From: a virus
DNA: 64,000 nt
IMG/VR virus record: IMGVR_UViG_3300038393_002515
Direction: 5' to 3' (one strand)
The notes beneath the pieces are model-generated. The model did no database searches. It worked only from the letters and a program-made list of their open reading frames with translations, and was not told the DNA's origin. Below are positions 35,643 through 42,843 of the stretch, piece by piece; the stretch's first letter is position 1, and the number at the start of each line of letters is the position of its first letter. Made by a program: the position numbers and the translations under genes.

Positions 35643-35658
35643 AAAACCGCATTTCCGT
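35642..35658 (+). repeat. 17-nt AAAAACCGCATTTCCGT, copy 2 of 2
   Basis: Exact match to 12726-12742. Confidence 0.7.
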
Positions 35659-35692
35659 CGAGCCGCCTTTCCGTTGAAGGGCGGCTCGACGG
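35655..35692. terminator. Bidirectional terminator: perfect 13-bp hairpin CCGTCGAGCCGCC / GGCGGCTCGACGG
   Basis: Sits between convergent genes (35642 + end, 35695 - end), with a 12-nt loop. Confidence 0.75.
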
Positions 35693-35694
35693 CG

Positions 35695-36267
35695 TTACAG
35701 GCCCAGCATGAAAACGGGTCCGGCAACGACGGCGCCGAGGATGGCACCGGCGATCGTCTGGGGGACGGTGTGGTCCTTGAGGTGCTGCCGAGACCAGGCC
35801 ACGAGCGGGATGAGCGCGGCGGAGAGAATCCACCAGGGGCCGTAGAGCAGGCCGAGCATGGCGAGTGCGCCCGACAGGACGGACGTGTGGAAGCTGATCT
35901 TGGTGTACTTCGTGATGGGCCACAGAAGGGCGACGGTGGCCAGCATGGCGCCGACCATGGACAGGACCGGCTTCGGGGCCCCGCCGACGACCATGAGCGT
36001 CAGGCAGGTCAGGACGGACAGGACGATGACCGGGATGACGACCATCCGGCGGGACCGCTCGGGGACGTGCCGGTCGGCGAAGGTCTTCTTCTCGCCGGTG
36101 AGGACGATGAACATGATCGGTATGACGGCGCAGAAGACTATGGCCACCGCACCCCAGCCGAGGCCGGACCAGCCGTAGTTCACGCCGACGAGCATGCACA
36201 GGACGAAGATGACGTTCTTGGGGTCGACGAAGTCGGTCAGGGCTCGTGCGGCCTGGGTGCGGGTCAC
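35695..36267 (-). CDS. PAP2-like (divergent) integral membrane protein (190 aa, ~6 TM)
   Basis: ISFHTS and WSRQHLKDHTVPQTIAGAILG resemble the PAP2 motifs PSGH and SRxxxxxHxxxD, with D replaced by Q. Overlaps the upstream gene by 4 nt. Confidence 0.55.
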   Translation of the reverse strand: MTRTQAARALTDFVDPKNVIFVLCMLVGVNYGWSGLGWGAVAIVFCAVIPIMFIVLTGEKKTFADRHVPERSRRMVVIPVIVLSVLTCLTLMVVGGAPKPVLSMVGAMLATVALLWPITKYTKISFHTSVLSGALAMLGLLYGPWWILSAALIPLVAWSRQHLKDHTVPQTIAGAILGAVVAGPVFMLGL

Positions 36268-37532
36268 GCGTGCACTCCGGTGGAAAGTCTGCGGTACATG
36301 AGCCCCAGCTGAGTCGTGTCGCGGATGGACCGGCCGACGGGGAGGAGCGTGTTCGTGGCGATGAAGGGGTCGGTGGTGCCGGTGAGAGTCGCCAGCGGCT
36401 GGATGGCCACCGGTTCGCCGTCGAACGGCTTCTCTCCGTTCCGCTTAAGCCGCATCGCTTCGCGGAGCAGGTAGGCGGCCACCGCGTGCTCCGGGAGCTT
36501 CAGCGCCCGGCCCGCAGCCCCGGCGCGGCTGTGGAGGTCCGGCGGCACGTAGTAGGCGAGGTTGAGGGCGGCATCGAGAATCTCGTTGACCCTCCTGCGA
36601 AGCCGGGTGTCCAGGTCTCGCCAGTCCCAGTACTCGCGCAGGTGGCTGGTCCGCTTGGGCCGCCGGTGTGCCGGGCAGTCGTAGATGGCGGTGGGTACCG
36701 CGTCGGTGAGGACGGCCCACAGCGGGCGCAGGTCGTTGATGGCTCCGTGGGCCTTCACTATCTCGTTCAGACGCTCCCACTTCGGGGCCGCGCCTCCGAC
36801 GACGACGAGGAGGATGCAGGTGACGAGGCAGAAGTTCGAGGTGAAGTCGACGAAGTGGTCGCCGCCGAGGAACGGTTTGTCGCACAGGCGGGTGATCAGG
36901 TACCCGGAGCGGAGGATCCCGTACGCCGAGCCGATCGAGCAGCCGAGGGCGACGACCTGCATGCCGTACTTGAAGGGGCCCGGGGCGGCGGCGCGGGCGG
37001 CGTCGAGGCACATCAGGGTCGCGCAGATCAGGCCGAAGACGAGGTAGGCGTAGAAGAGCAGGAGGTGGAGGCTGCCCCAGAGGTGGCCTGCCTGGACGAA
37101 GATGAAGTCGGCGTCGTCCTGGTTTCCCGTCCGTCGCTGGGCGAGGGGGAAGATGGCGGTGATGACGGCGATGGCGGCCCAGGTGATGATGCGTCGGGGG
37201 TTGCTGCTGATGAGCTGCCGGTAGGTGGGCTCCCGGCGGCCGTCCAACCGGCCGGGGACGACATCGGTCACCCAGTGCAGAAGGAGGGCAACGGCGGCGA
37301 TCCCCGTGAGGTGCTTGGCGAGGGTGGCGATGTCGTCCACGCCGGTGAGGTGGTAGAGGAAGTCCCCGACCGCCTGGATCTTGGTGACCATCGAGATGTC
37401 GAGGGCCAGGAAGACCATAAAGAGGGTCCGGGAGCGGGGGTTGCGGTAGGCGGCGGGTCCCCTGCGGATGACTTCCTCAGTGAGGAGGACGACGACGATC
37501 CAGGCGGGAAGATCGGAAGGTGTGGCGGGCAC
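36264..37532 (-). CDS. 422-aa polytopic membrane protein with a soluble C-terminal domain; resembles the actinobacterial MAB_1171c-type family as far as I recall
   Basis: About 8 hydrophobic segments in the N-terminal 250 aa. The C-terminal region reads LRPLWAVLTDAVP...LDTRLRRRVNEILDAALNL. The family assignment is from memory and unverified. Confidence 0.6.
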   Translation of the reverse strand: MPATPSDLPAWIVVVLLTEEVIRRGPAAYRNPRSRTLFMVFLALDISMVTKIQAVGDFLYHLTGVDDIATLAKHLTGIAAVALLLHWVTDVVPGRLDGRREPTYRQLISSNPRRIITWAAIAVITAIFPLAQRRTGNQDDADFIFVQAGHLWGSLHLLLFYAYLVFGLICATLMCLDAARAAAPGPFKYGMQVVALGCSIGSAYGILRSGYLITRLCDKPFLGGDHFVDFTSNFCLVTCILLVVVGGAAPKWERLNEIVKAHGAINDLRPLWAVLTDAVPTAIYDCPAHRRPKRTSHLREYWDWRDLDTRLRRRVNEILDAALNLAYYVPPDLHSRAGAAGRALKLPEHAVAAYLLREAMRLKRNGEKPFDGEPVAIQPLATLTGTTDPFIATNTLLPVGRSIRDTTQLGLMYRRLSTGVHA

Positions 37533-37545
37533 CGGTTCTCATCTC

Positions 37546-38157
37546 TCAGGTGTCGAGACTTGCTCTCATGTTGTTTTCGAGGAGGGTTGCCCCACGGGGG
37601 GCGTGCTTGGCCATCCAGGTCTCGGCGTAGTACCCGAAGTCCTCGGCTTTGCGTTCGCGGTCCTCGTTGCTGGTGCCGTCGGCGCGGCACTGGACGCCAG
37701 CGGCCGCGAGGGAGTCTGACAGGAGGGCCGCCGATCCGCTGCACACCCCCCTCAGGAGGCGGAGGACGGCGGCGAGGTCGAGCCGGTTGGGCTCGTCTCC
37801 GTTGACCATGTGACCAAGCTCGTGACCGAGGACGTGGTGGTACTGCACAGGCGGGATCGTGGGGTGGGCCCACACCAGGTCGGCGTCCGGGGTGGGGTAC
37901 CACATGCCGCTCGGCCCGTTCGGTGAGGTCATCCGGGAGTCGCGGCTCAGGATGAGCTTGCGGCCGCGTACCTGCTCTACATAAGCGCGCAGCAGGTCCT
38001 CAACGGTCCAGGGAGACGTGGGAAGCGCCAGTCCCGTCAGCGCCTGCCCCCAGGTCCCCTTCAGGCCGCTCCGGTTCCGCATCAGTCCCATCCAAGCCCC
38101 CAGTTGATCACTAAGGCCGCCATTTACGCCACTCAGCGTAAGGCAAGGGGCTGACAA
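37546..38157 (-). CDS. ImmA/IrrE-family zinc metallopeptidase (203 aa; alternative ATG start at 38091)
   Basis: HExxH in the typical context YHHVLGHELGHMVNGDEP. Immediately downstream of an XRE HTH gene. Confidence 0.8.
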   Translation of the reverse strand: MSAPCLTLSGVNGGLSDQLGAWMGLMRNRSGLKGTWGQALTGLALPTSPWTVEDLLRAYVEQVRGRKLILSRDSRMTSPNGPSGMWYPTPDADLVWAHPTIPPVQYHHVLGHELGHMVNGDEPNRLDLAAVLRLLRGVCSGSAALLSDSLAAAGVQCRADGTSNEDRERKAEDFGYYAETWMAKHAPRGATLLENNMRASLDT

Positions 38158-38162
38158 TGGCC

Positions 38163-38738
38163 CTACCCGGTCTGGTCCTCCTGGGCCCCCTGTAGGCCGA
38201 GCAGCGCGAGACGCAGGATGGCTCTTGCCTGCCCGGAGTCCGCCCCGTCGAGCCCTCGGAAGAGGGCGCCCATCAACGCCGTGCCCTGGGTACTCTCATC
38301 GCTACCCTCCGTAGTGCTGTCGAGCTTCTGGATGGCCTTGGCCGCTTGCACGCCGAGCTCGATGAGTTCCACTTCGCGCTCGATCTGTCTGGTTCTCTCC
38401 GTGGCGTCGGTGCCGACGCGCCAGTAGTCCGTCTCGACCCCGAAGAACAGACTGAGCGCCTCGATGATGCTGAACGGCGGGTTCGTCCGCTTGCCGTCCT
38501 TCAGGTCGCTCAGGTACTGGCGGTTGACGGCGTCGGACTCTGCTCGAATCATCTCGCACGCCTGTGCGATTTCCTCCATACTGGCACCGGCGTCCTGGAG
38601 CTCCTGGGTCACCCGCGAAATCTTCTTGTCGCGGTACAACCCTGAGGCCCTCGCGGCGATCTCACTCAACGGGTACGTCTGCCCGTCCGGTCCGCGCTTG
38701 AGGTCACGCAACTTGCGGAACTTCTCACCGAGCGGCAT
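38163..38738 (-). CDS. XRE-family helix-turn-helix transcriptional regulator (191 aa)
   Basis: The N-terminus is LGEKFRKLRDL...YPLSEIAARASG...LSDLKDGKRTNPPFSIIEALSLFFGVETDYW, a Cro/C1-type HTH. The C-terminal domain is extended. Confidence 0.8.
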   Translation of the reverse strand: MPLGEKFRKLRDLKRGPDGQTYPLSEIAARASGLYRDKKISRVTQELQDAGASMEEIAQACEMIRAESDAVNRQYLSDLKDGKRTNPPFSIIEALSLFFGVETDYWRVGTDATERTRQIEREVELIELGVQAAKAIQKLDSTTEGSDESTQGTALMGALFRGLDGADSGQARAILRLALLGLQGAQEDQTG

Positions 38739-38788
38739 GGCCTCCCCCCTCCGTGTGTCTAGTTGAAAAAAGTCGGCCCATGGAGGCG

Positions 38789-38794
38789 ATCCTA
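38789..38794 (-). promoter_or_regulatory. -10-like TAGGAT on the minus strand upstream of the XRE gene
   Basis: The reverse complement of ATCCTA at 38789-38794 lies about 50 nt upstream of the start at 38738. No good -35 was seen. Confidence 0.3.
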
Positions 38795-38854
38795 GCGCCG
38801 CCGTAAGGATTCATGACACCGGGAACCCGGAAACGAGCTGAAGCGTCAGAAAAG

Positions 38855-38885
38855 TTGACACCAGCACCACTTGGCGTCATACGAT
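38855..38885 (+). promoter_or_regulatory. sigma-70-like promoter TTGACA (38855-38860) - 19 nt - TACGAT (38880-38885)
   Basis: Perfect -35 hexamer and a TAnnnT -10. The spacer is slightly long. Points toward 39037-39342. Confidence 0.4.
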
Positions 38886-39000
38886 CAGCTCAACAAACTG
38901 ACAGACCGCGAACTGACGGGGGTGACGGGGCATGGGCGCAGCGCCGACAACCGCACCGATCCCCTTCTCGTGGATCCTGTCCGGGCGCACCTGTACGTCG

Positions 39001-39013
39001 GCAAGGGGCGAAG
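39001..39013 (+). promoter_or_regulatory. Late motif variant GCAAGGGGCGAAG
   Basis: Resembles the 47690 copy (CCAAGGGGCGAAGG). Lies 23 nt upstream of GTG 39037. Confidence 0.35.
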
Positions 39014-39036
39014 AGTCCCCGGCCCGAGGAGACAAG

Positions 39037-39342
39037 GTGCTCACGCCCCCAGCCATCATCCGGACGATCGTCCCCTCGATCGTCGGCTTCATCCTGGCGT
39101 TCCTCGCCTCGCACAACATCCATGTCAGTGCCGAGGTCGAGACGTACCTGACCGGCCTGCTGACCGTGGGTCTCGGCGGCGTCTACTACGTCGTCGCCTC
39201 TGCTCTGCAGTCGCGCTGGCCGCTCGCGGGCCTGCTCCTCGGCTCCACCGCTCGGCCGACCTACACGGGACGGCACCGCCTGACCAGCGCCACCGATCCG
39301 ACGACCGCCACGTCGGATCCCACTCCGGAAGACCGGCCGTAG
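39037..39342 (+). CDS. small membrane protein (101 aa, 2 TM), holin-like topology
   Basis: GTG 39037 follows GAGGAGA. Hydrophobic segments are IIRTIVPSIVGFILAFLA and YLTGLLTVGLGGVYYVVASAL. The N-terminal part of the track ORF does not look coding. Confidence 0.55.
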   Translation: MLTPPAIIRTIVPSIVGFILAFLASHNIHVSAEVETYLTGLLTVGLGGVYYVVASALQSRWPLAGLLLGSTARPTYTGRHRLTSATDPTTATSDPTPEDRP

Positions 39343-39374
39343 ACCGCCATCTACCGCTGACGAAGACCGGAGCC

Positions 39375-39421
39375 GAGCCCCGGCCGACCCACTTCCTCGC
39401 CAGGAAGGTCGGCCGGGGCTC
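39375..39421 (+). terminator. Perfect 15-bp hairpin GAGCCCCGGCCGACC / GGTCGGCCGGGGCTC
   Basis: 17-nt loop, followed by TCTGTATTG. Confidence 0.7.
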
Positions 39422-39478
39422 TCTGTATTGCCGGTCTGCGGGCGTCACGTTCTTCAACGACGCTTCGGGTGAACGGTA

Positions 39479-39509
39479 GCGACAAACTCTTAATAAGTCT
39501 ATTTGTCGC
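39479..39509. repeat. 8-bp inverted repeat GCGACAAA / TTTGTCGC around the AT-rich 15-mer CTCTTAATAAGTCTA
   Basis: This is the most AT-rich spot I noticed in the window. It lies in the 320-nt non-coding leader before the head-gene block. Confidence 0.6.
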
Positions 39510-39684
39510 CAAAGCGAGGTTCACGCCTCCGCTTCGGCAACAAACCGGTCGCCCAACCTGAATTGTGCCTCAACCCTTGGCCACAGGTTCCCCCTTCACG
39601 AGGCCTATACAACTCCGTATCGAACCCGTTGCCGCCAACGCCCTCCTGCCCGCCCAGCGCACGAGACCTCCTGTTCGTCACACC

Positions 39685-39708
39685 CCCTCCGCCCCCAAGG
39701 AGCGAGGG
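39685..39708 (+). promoter_or_regulatory. Late motif variant CCAAGGAGCGA (39695-39705) in a 5-bp CCCTC/GAGGG hairpin
   Basis: Degenerate copy, 40 nt upstream of GTG 39746. Confidence 0.3.
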
Positions 39709-39745
39709 CGCACCATGCGCCGCCGCCCGCACAGGAGGACCCGGT

Positions 39746-42700
39746 GTGCTGAAGTTCGCCACGGCCCAGATCATCGCCGCGTCGCTCGGCGACCAACAGC
39801 GCATCACCAGGGCGGCCCACCGCGCGGTCTTCCAGTACGAAGCGCGCCCCGGCTTCTTGTACGTACGCAGCAGGGCCATCAGTTCACGCTGCAACGACAA
39901 CTTCGACGAGTTCCCCGCCGAAGAGATCGAAAAGTCGTACAAGACCTTCGTCGGCAAGCCGGTCTTCGTGAACCACGTCAACGACAACCACCGGCGCGCC
40001 CGGGGCGTCATCATCGACGCCGCCCTCCACCGAGACCGCAACCCCGACGGCACGCCGGACACATGGGCCGAAGTCCTCATGGAAATCGACGCCGTCCGGT
40101 TCCCGAAGCTGGCCAAGGCGATCCTCGCCGGACACATCGACCGGACCTCCATGGGCTGCGACGTCGAGCGCTCCGTGTGCTCCGCCTGCGGCAACGAGGC
40201 CCGCACGCCCACCGAGTACTGCTCCCACATCCCGCACCTGAAGGGCAAGCGCATCTTCCGCGCCACCGCCAGCGGGAAGAAGGTCGGCGAGCTCGTCCGC
40301 GAGACCTGCTTCGGCCTCCGGTTCTTCGAGAACAGCGTGCTCGTCGAGCCCCCGGCGGACCCGACTGCTCATTTCCTCGGCGTGGACTCTTCCGGCCTCG
40401 GCAAGGCCGCCTCGAAGAGCGCCGCGATCGACTACTCCGCCTTCGAGGACAACGACGACCTGGAGGCGGACGACGACGGCGAGGACACCGCGCCTCAGCC
40501 GAAGCCCGCCTACCCGGCCTCGCACGCCAAGTCGCCGGTGCCGCATGTCCCGTTCGAGGGCACCACGCACGACCACCAGCGCCGCCAGGACGCGGTGCAG
40601 CACGCCCGGCCCTTCACGCCGCTCAAGCCGAGCCTCAACGGCCTGCAGGCGACGGCGGCCGCGAAGAAGCCCGCGCCCAAGGCGGCCGAGCCCGAGGTGG
40701 ACGAGTACGGCACCCCGAAGCCGAAGCGAGGCCAGCCGTACGAGCCTGCGGGAGACCACCCCTGGTACAAGCAGGTCCCGCTGCACCACTCCAACATCGT
40801 CGACCACTGGGACAAGGCCACCGACGAGGAGAAGGACTCGGGCATGCGCTGGTACAGCGACGCCCACCACGTCGCCAAGGCCATCGCCCGCCTCGACCCG
40901 CGCATCAAGACCGACGAGGAGGCCGCCCACAAGGGCGCCGGTGTCCTGTCGGCCTACAGCCCGCGCACCAACTGGCCGCAGAACATGTTCAACGCGGCCC
41001 ACTCCTTCCACCGCCAGGCCGCCGTCCGCCCTCTCAAGGACGACCCGGACAAGCCCGCCCACGTCACCACCATGGGTATGCACGCCGACAAGGCGCAGCG
41101 CATCATGGACGGCGAGCACCACCAGCCGGTCCTGAACTCGCCCAAGACGCAGGACTTCGCCCACCTCATCGAGCACGGCGGCTACGAGCCGCAGACCGAG
41201 GAGGAGAAGAAGTCCGGTGCCGAACGGCGGCACAGCGGCCGCGTGGTCATCGACCGCCACGCGCTGTCCGTGGCGGCCGGGCGCCGGATCACCGACGTCG
41301 AGAACGACGCCCACCAGGGCTTCCCCGGCGCCTCCAGCGGCAAGCACGCACGGCACTACTACGAGCACGCCGCCAACACCTACCGCAACGCGGCCGCCGC
41401 CATCTCCGAGAAGGAGGGCAAGCCGGTCGCCGCGCACCAGGTGCAGGCGGTGACCTGGCTGGTGCGCCAACGGCTCAACACCGCCGAGGACCAGGCCAAC
41501 GCGAACGCCAGCGCGAAGAACCTGGGCGCGGGCCGCAACAAGGCCGAGGAGAACATCAAGGGCCACTGGAAGGACTTCGCGGGCGAGCACACGCCGGAGC
41601 TGAAGGAAAAGGGCAACTCCCACGTGGCCAGGCTCATTGACGCCACGTACATCAACGACGACGGCACGATCCGCGCCATCGCGTACGGGGAGATCAAGGC
41701 ACCGGCCGACGTCGACACGCTCCGCGAGGAGAACTGCCCGGTCTGCGGCGACAAGGACACCTTCGACGGTATCCAGTGCCAGATCTGCGGGTTCATCAAC
41801 CCGCCCGAGCAGTTCCGTGACCCCGACCTCGACAAGGCCAAGACCCTCGACCTGCGCAAGCAGATCGTCGACCCCAGCCTCGTCGACGACAACGGCGAGC
41901 TGCAGCGTGTCAACGACGACGGCACCGGCATGCCGCAGGAAGACGGCATGCCTGGCGACGAGGAACAGCAGCTGGGCCCCGACGGTCAGCCGCTCGACGA
42001 GGACGGCCCGCAGATGGTCGACCCCGAGCAGCTCGACGAGAACGGCCTGCCGCCCTCCCCGTGGGGCGACCAGACCCTCGACGGCACGATGCAGGGTGCC
42101 CCGACCTTCTCCGACCGCAACGGCGACGGCATGATCCAGCCGGACGAGATCGACCCCGACGGCAACGTCAACGTCCAGCAGAACATGATGGTCGACCCCG
42201 AGCAGGGCGGCCAGGCAGGCCCGCGCGAGCTGCCCGGCCGCGCCAGGGACCGCACGGGCGACCCGTTCACCCCCGGCCCCGACATGCCCCGCCTCCAGGG
42301 CCCCGAAGGACCGGAAGACGGACTGGACGACGAAGACACCTTCCAGGCCGGTCCCGGCATGGGAGCTCCGCAGGAGCCGATCCTGGCGCACCCCGGCGAC
42401 TACACCGGCGACGAGAGCGAGACGCCGCACTGGTCCTGGAACAGGGACGTGGACGAGGAACCCCAGGCGCCCAACGAGGACGAGGACCCGCAAGACCCGC
42501 GTCGCCGACGCCTTGGGATGTCGGCGGCCCCGCGCACCCCGAAGGACGGACAGCCGAACGACGGCGCGCCCGACCTGAGCTGCCCCCACTGCGGATTCGG
42601 AGCGGACGCCACCGCCCCGCAGACCCAGGACATGGGCAACCCGCAAGGCGCGACCGACGGCATCGTCGCCGGAGACGTCTGCCCGAACTGCCGCAAGGCC

Positions 42701-42778
42701 CAGCTGCTCACCCCCGCCGAGCTGCAGGGCGAGTCTTCCGTCCCTCCGCCTGCTGTCCCGCAGCTGTCCCGGAGCTGA
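39746..42778 (+). CDS. 1010-aa fusion protein: N-terminal prohead-protease-like domain, central helical domain of unknown function, Asp/Pro/Gly-rich region and two C-terminal zinc ribbons
   Basis: GTG 39746 follows AGGAGGA. The N-terminal domain reads FVNHVNDNHRRARGVIIDA...IDRTSMGCDVERSVCSACGNEARTPTEYCSHIPH, which recalls T4 gp21-type prohead proteases. Also carries CPVCGDKDTFDGIQCQICG and CPHCGF...CPNCRKAQ. Confidence 0.6.
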   Translation: MLKFATAQIIAASLGDQQRITRAAHRAVFQYEARPGFLYVRSRAISSRCNDNFDEFPAEEIEKSYKTFVGKPVFVNHVNDNHRRARGVIIDAALHRDRNPDGTPDTWAEVLMEIDAVRFPKLAKAILAGHIDRTSMGCDVERSVCSACGNEARTPTEYCSHIPHLKGKRIFRATASGKKVGELVRETCFGLRFFENSVLVEPPADPTAHFLGVDSSGLGKAASKSAAIDYSAFEDNDDLEADDDGEDTAPQPKPAYPASHAKSPVPHVPFEGTTHDHQRRQDAVQHARPFTPLKPSLNGLQATAAAKKPAPKAAEPEVDEYGTPKPKRGQPYEPAGDHPWYKQVPLHHSNIVDHWDKATDEEKDSGMRWYSDAHHVAKAIARLDPRIKTDEEAAHKGAGVLSAYSPRTNWPQNMFNAAHSFHRQAAVRPLKDDPDKPAHVTTMGMHADKAQRIMDGEHHQPVLNSPKTQDFAHLIEHGGYEPQTEEEKKSGAERRHSGRVVIDRHALSVAAGRRITDVENDAHQGFPGASSGKHARHYYEHAANTYRNAAAAISEKEGKPVAAHQVQAVTWLVRQRLNTAEDQANANASAKNLGAGRNKAEENIKGHWKDFAGEHTPELKEKGNSHVARLIDATYINDDGTIRAIAYGEIKAPADVDTLREENCPVCGDKDTFDGIQCQICGFINPPEQFRDPDLDKAKTLDLRKQIVDPSLVDDNGELQRVNDDGTGMPQEDGMPGDEEQQLGPDGQPLDEDGPQMVDPEQLDENGLPPSPWGDQTLDGTMQGAPTFSDRNGDGMIQPDEIDPDGNVNVQQNMMVDPEQGGQAGPRELPGRARDRTGDPFTPGPDMPRLQGPEGPEDGLDDEDTFQAGPGMGAPQEPILAHPGDYTGDESETPHWSWNRDVDEEPQAPNEDEDPQDPRRRRLGMSAAPRTPKDGQPNDGAPDLSCPHCGFGADATAPQTQDMGNPQGATDGIVAGDVCPNCRKAQLLTPAELQGESSVPPPAVPQLSRS

Positions 42779-42843
42779 AGCGGTGAAAACCCGCCCACGG
42801 CAAGTCGTCGTGAGCTGAAACAGGCTTTGAAGGAGTAACCAGT

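Noticed and set aside
12726-35658. The identical 17-mers as att-like boundaries of a 23-kb mobile element.
   Set aside because: The enclosed region contains core phage genes such as portal, spike and lysin. No integrase or transposase is present. Both copies sit at operon 3' ends next to hairpins, which fits duplicated terminator modules better.
35695-38738. The XRE/ImmA block as a standard lysogeny (CI-type immunity plus integrase) cassette.
   Set aside because: This is not fully rejected, but it is not adopted as the primary reading. No integrase or excisionase is adjacent. In addition, the regulator and protease are co-operonic with two large membrane proteins, which is atypical for a plain immunity cassette.
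38871-39479. A 202-aa + strand ORF and a 136-aa ORF (38932-39342) upstream of and overlapping the small membrane gene.
   Set aside because: The N-terminal parts are Arg/Pro/His-rich and overlap the divergent promoter region. The GTG at 39037 with a GAGGAGA SD gives a clean 2-TM protein.
39884-42646. A 920-aa minus-strand ORF and a 691-aa +2-frame ORF (39565-41640) overlapping the protease-fusion gene.
   Set aside because: They show the same compositional artefact, with Arg/Gly/Pro/Ala-rich translations. The + frame starting at 39746 carries protease-like and Zn-ribbon motifs and a proper SD.
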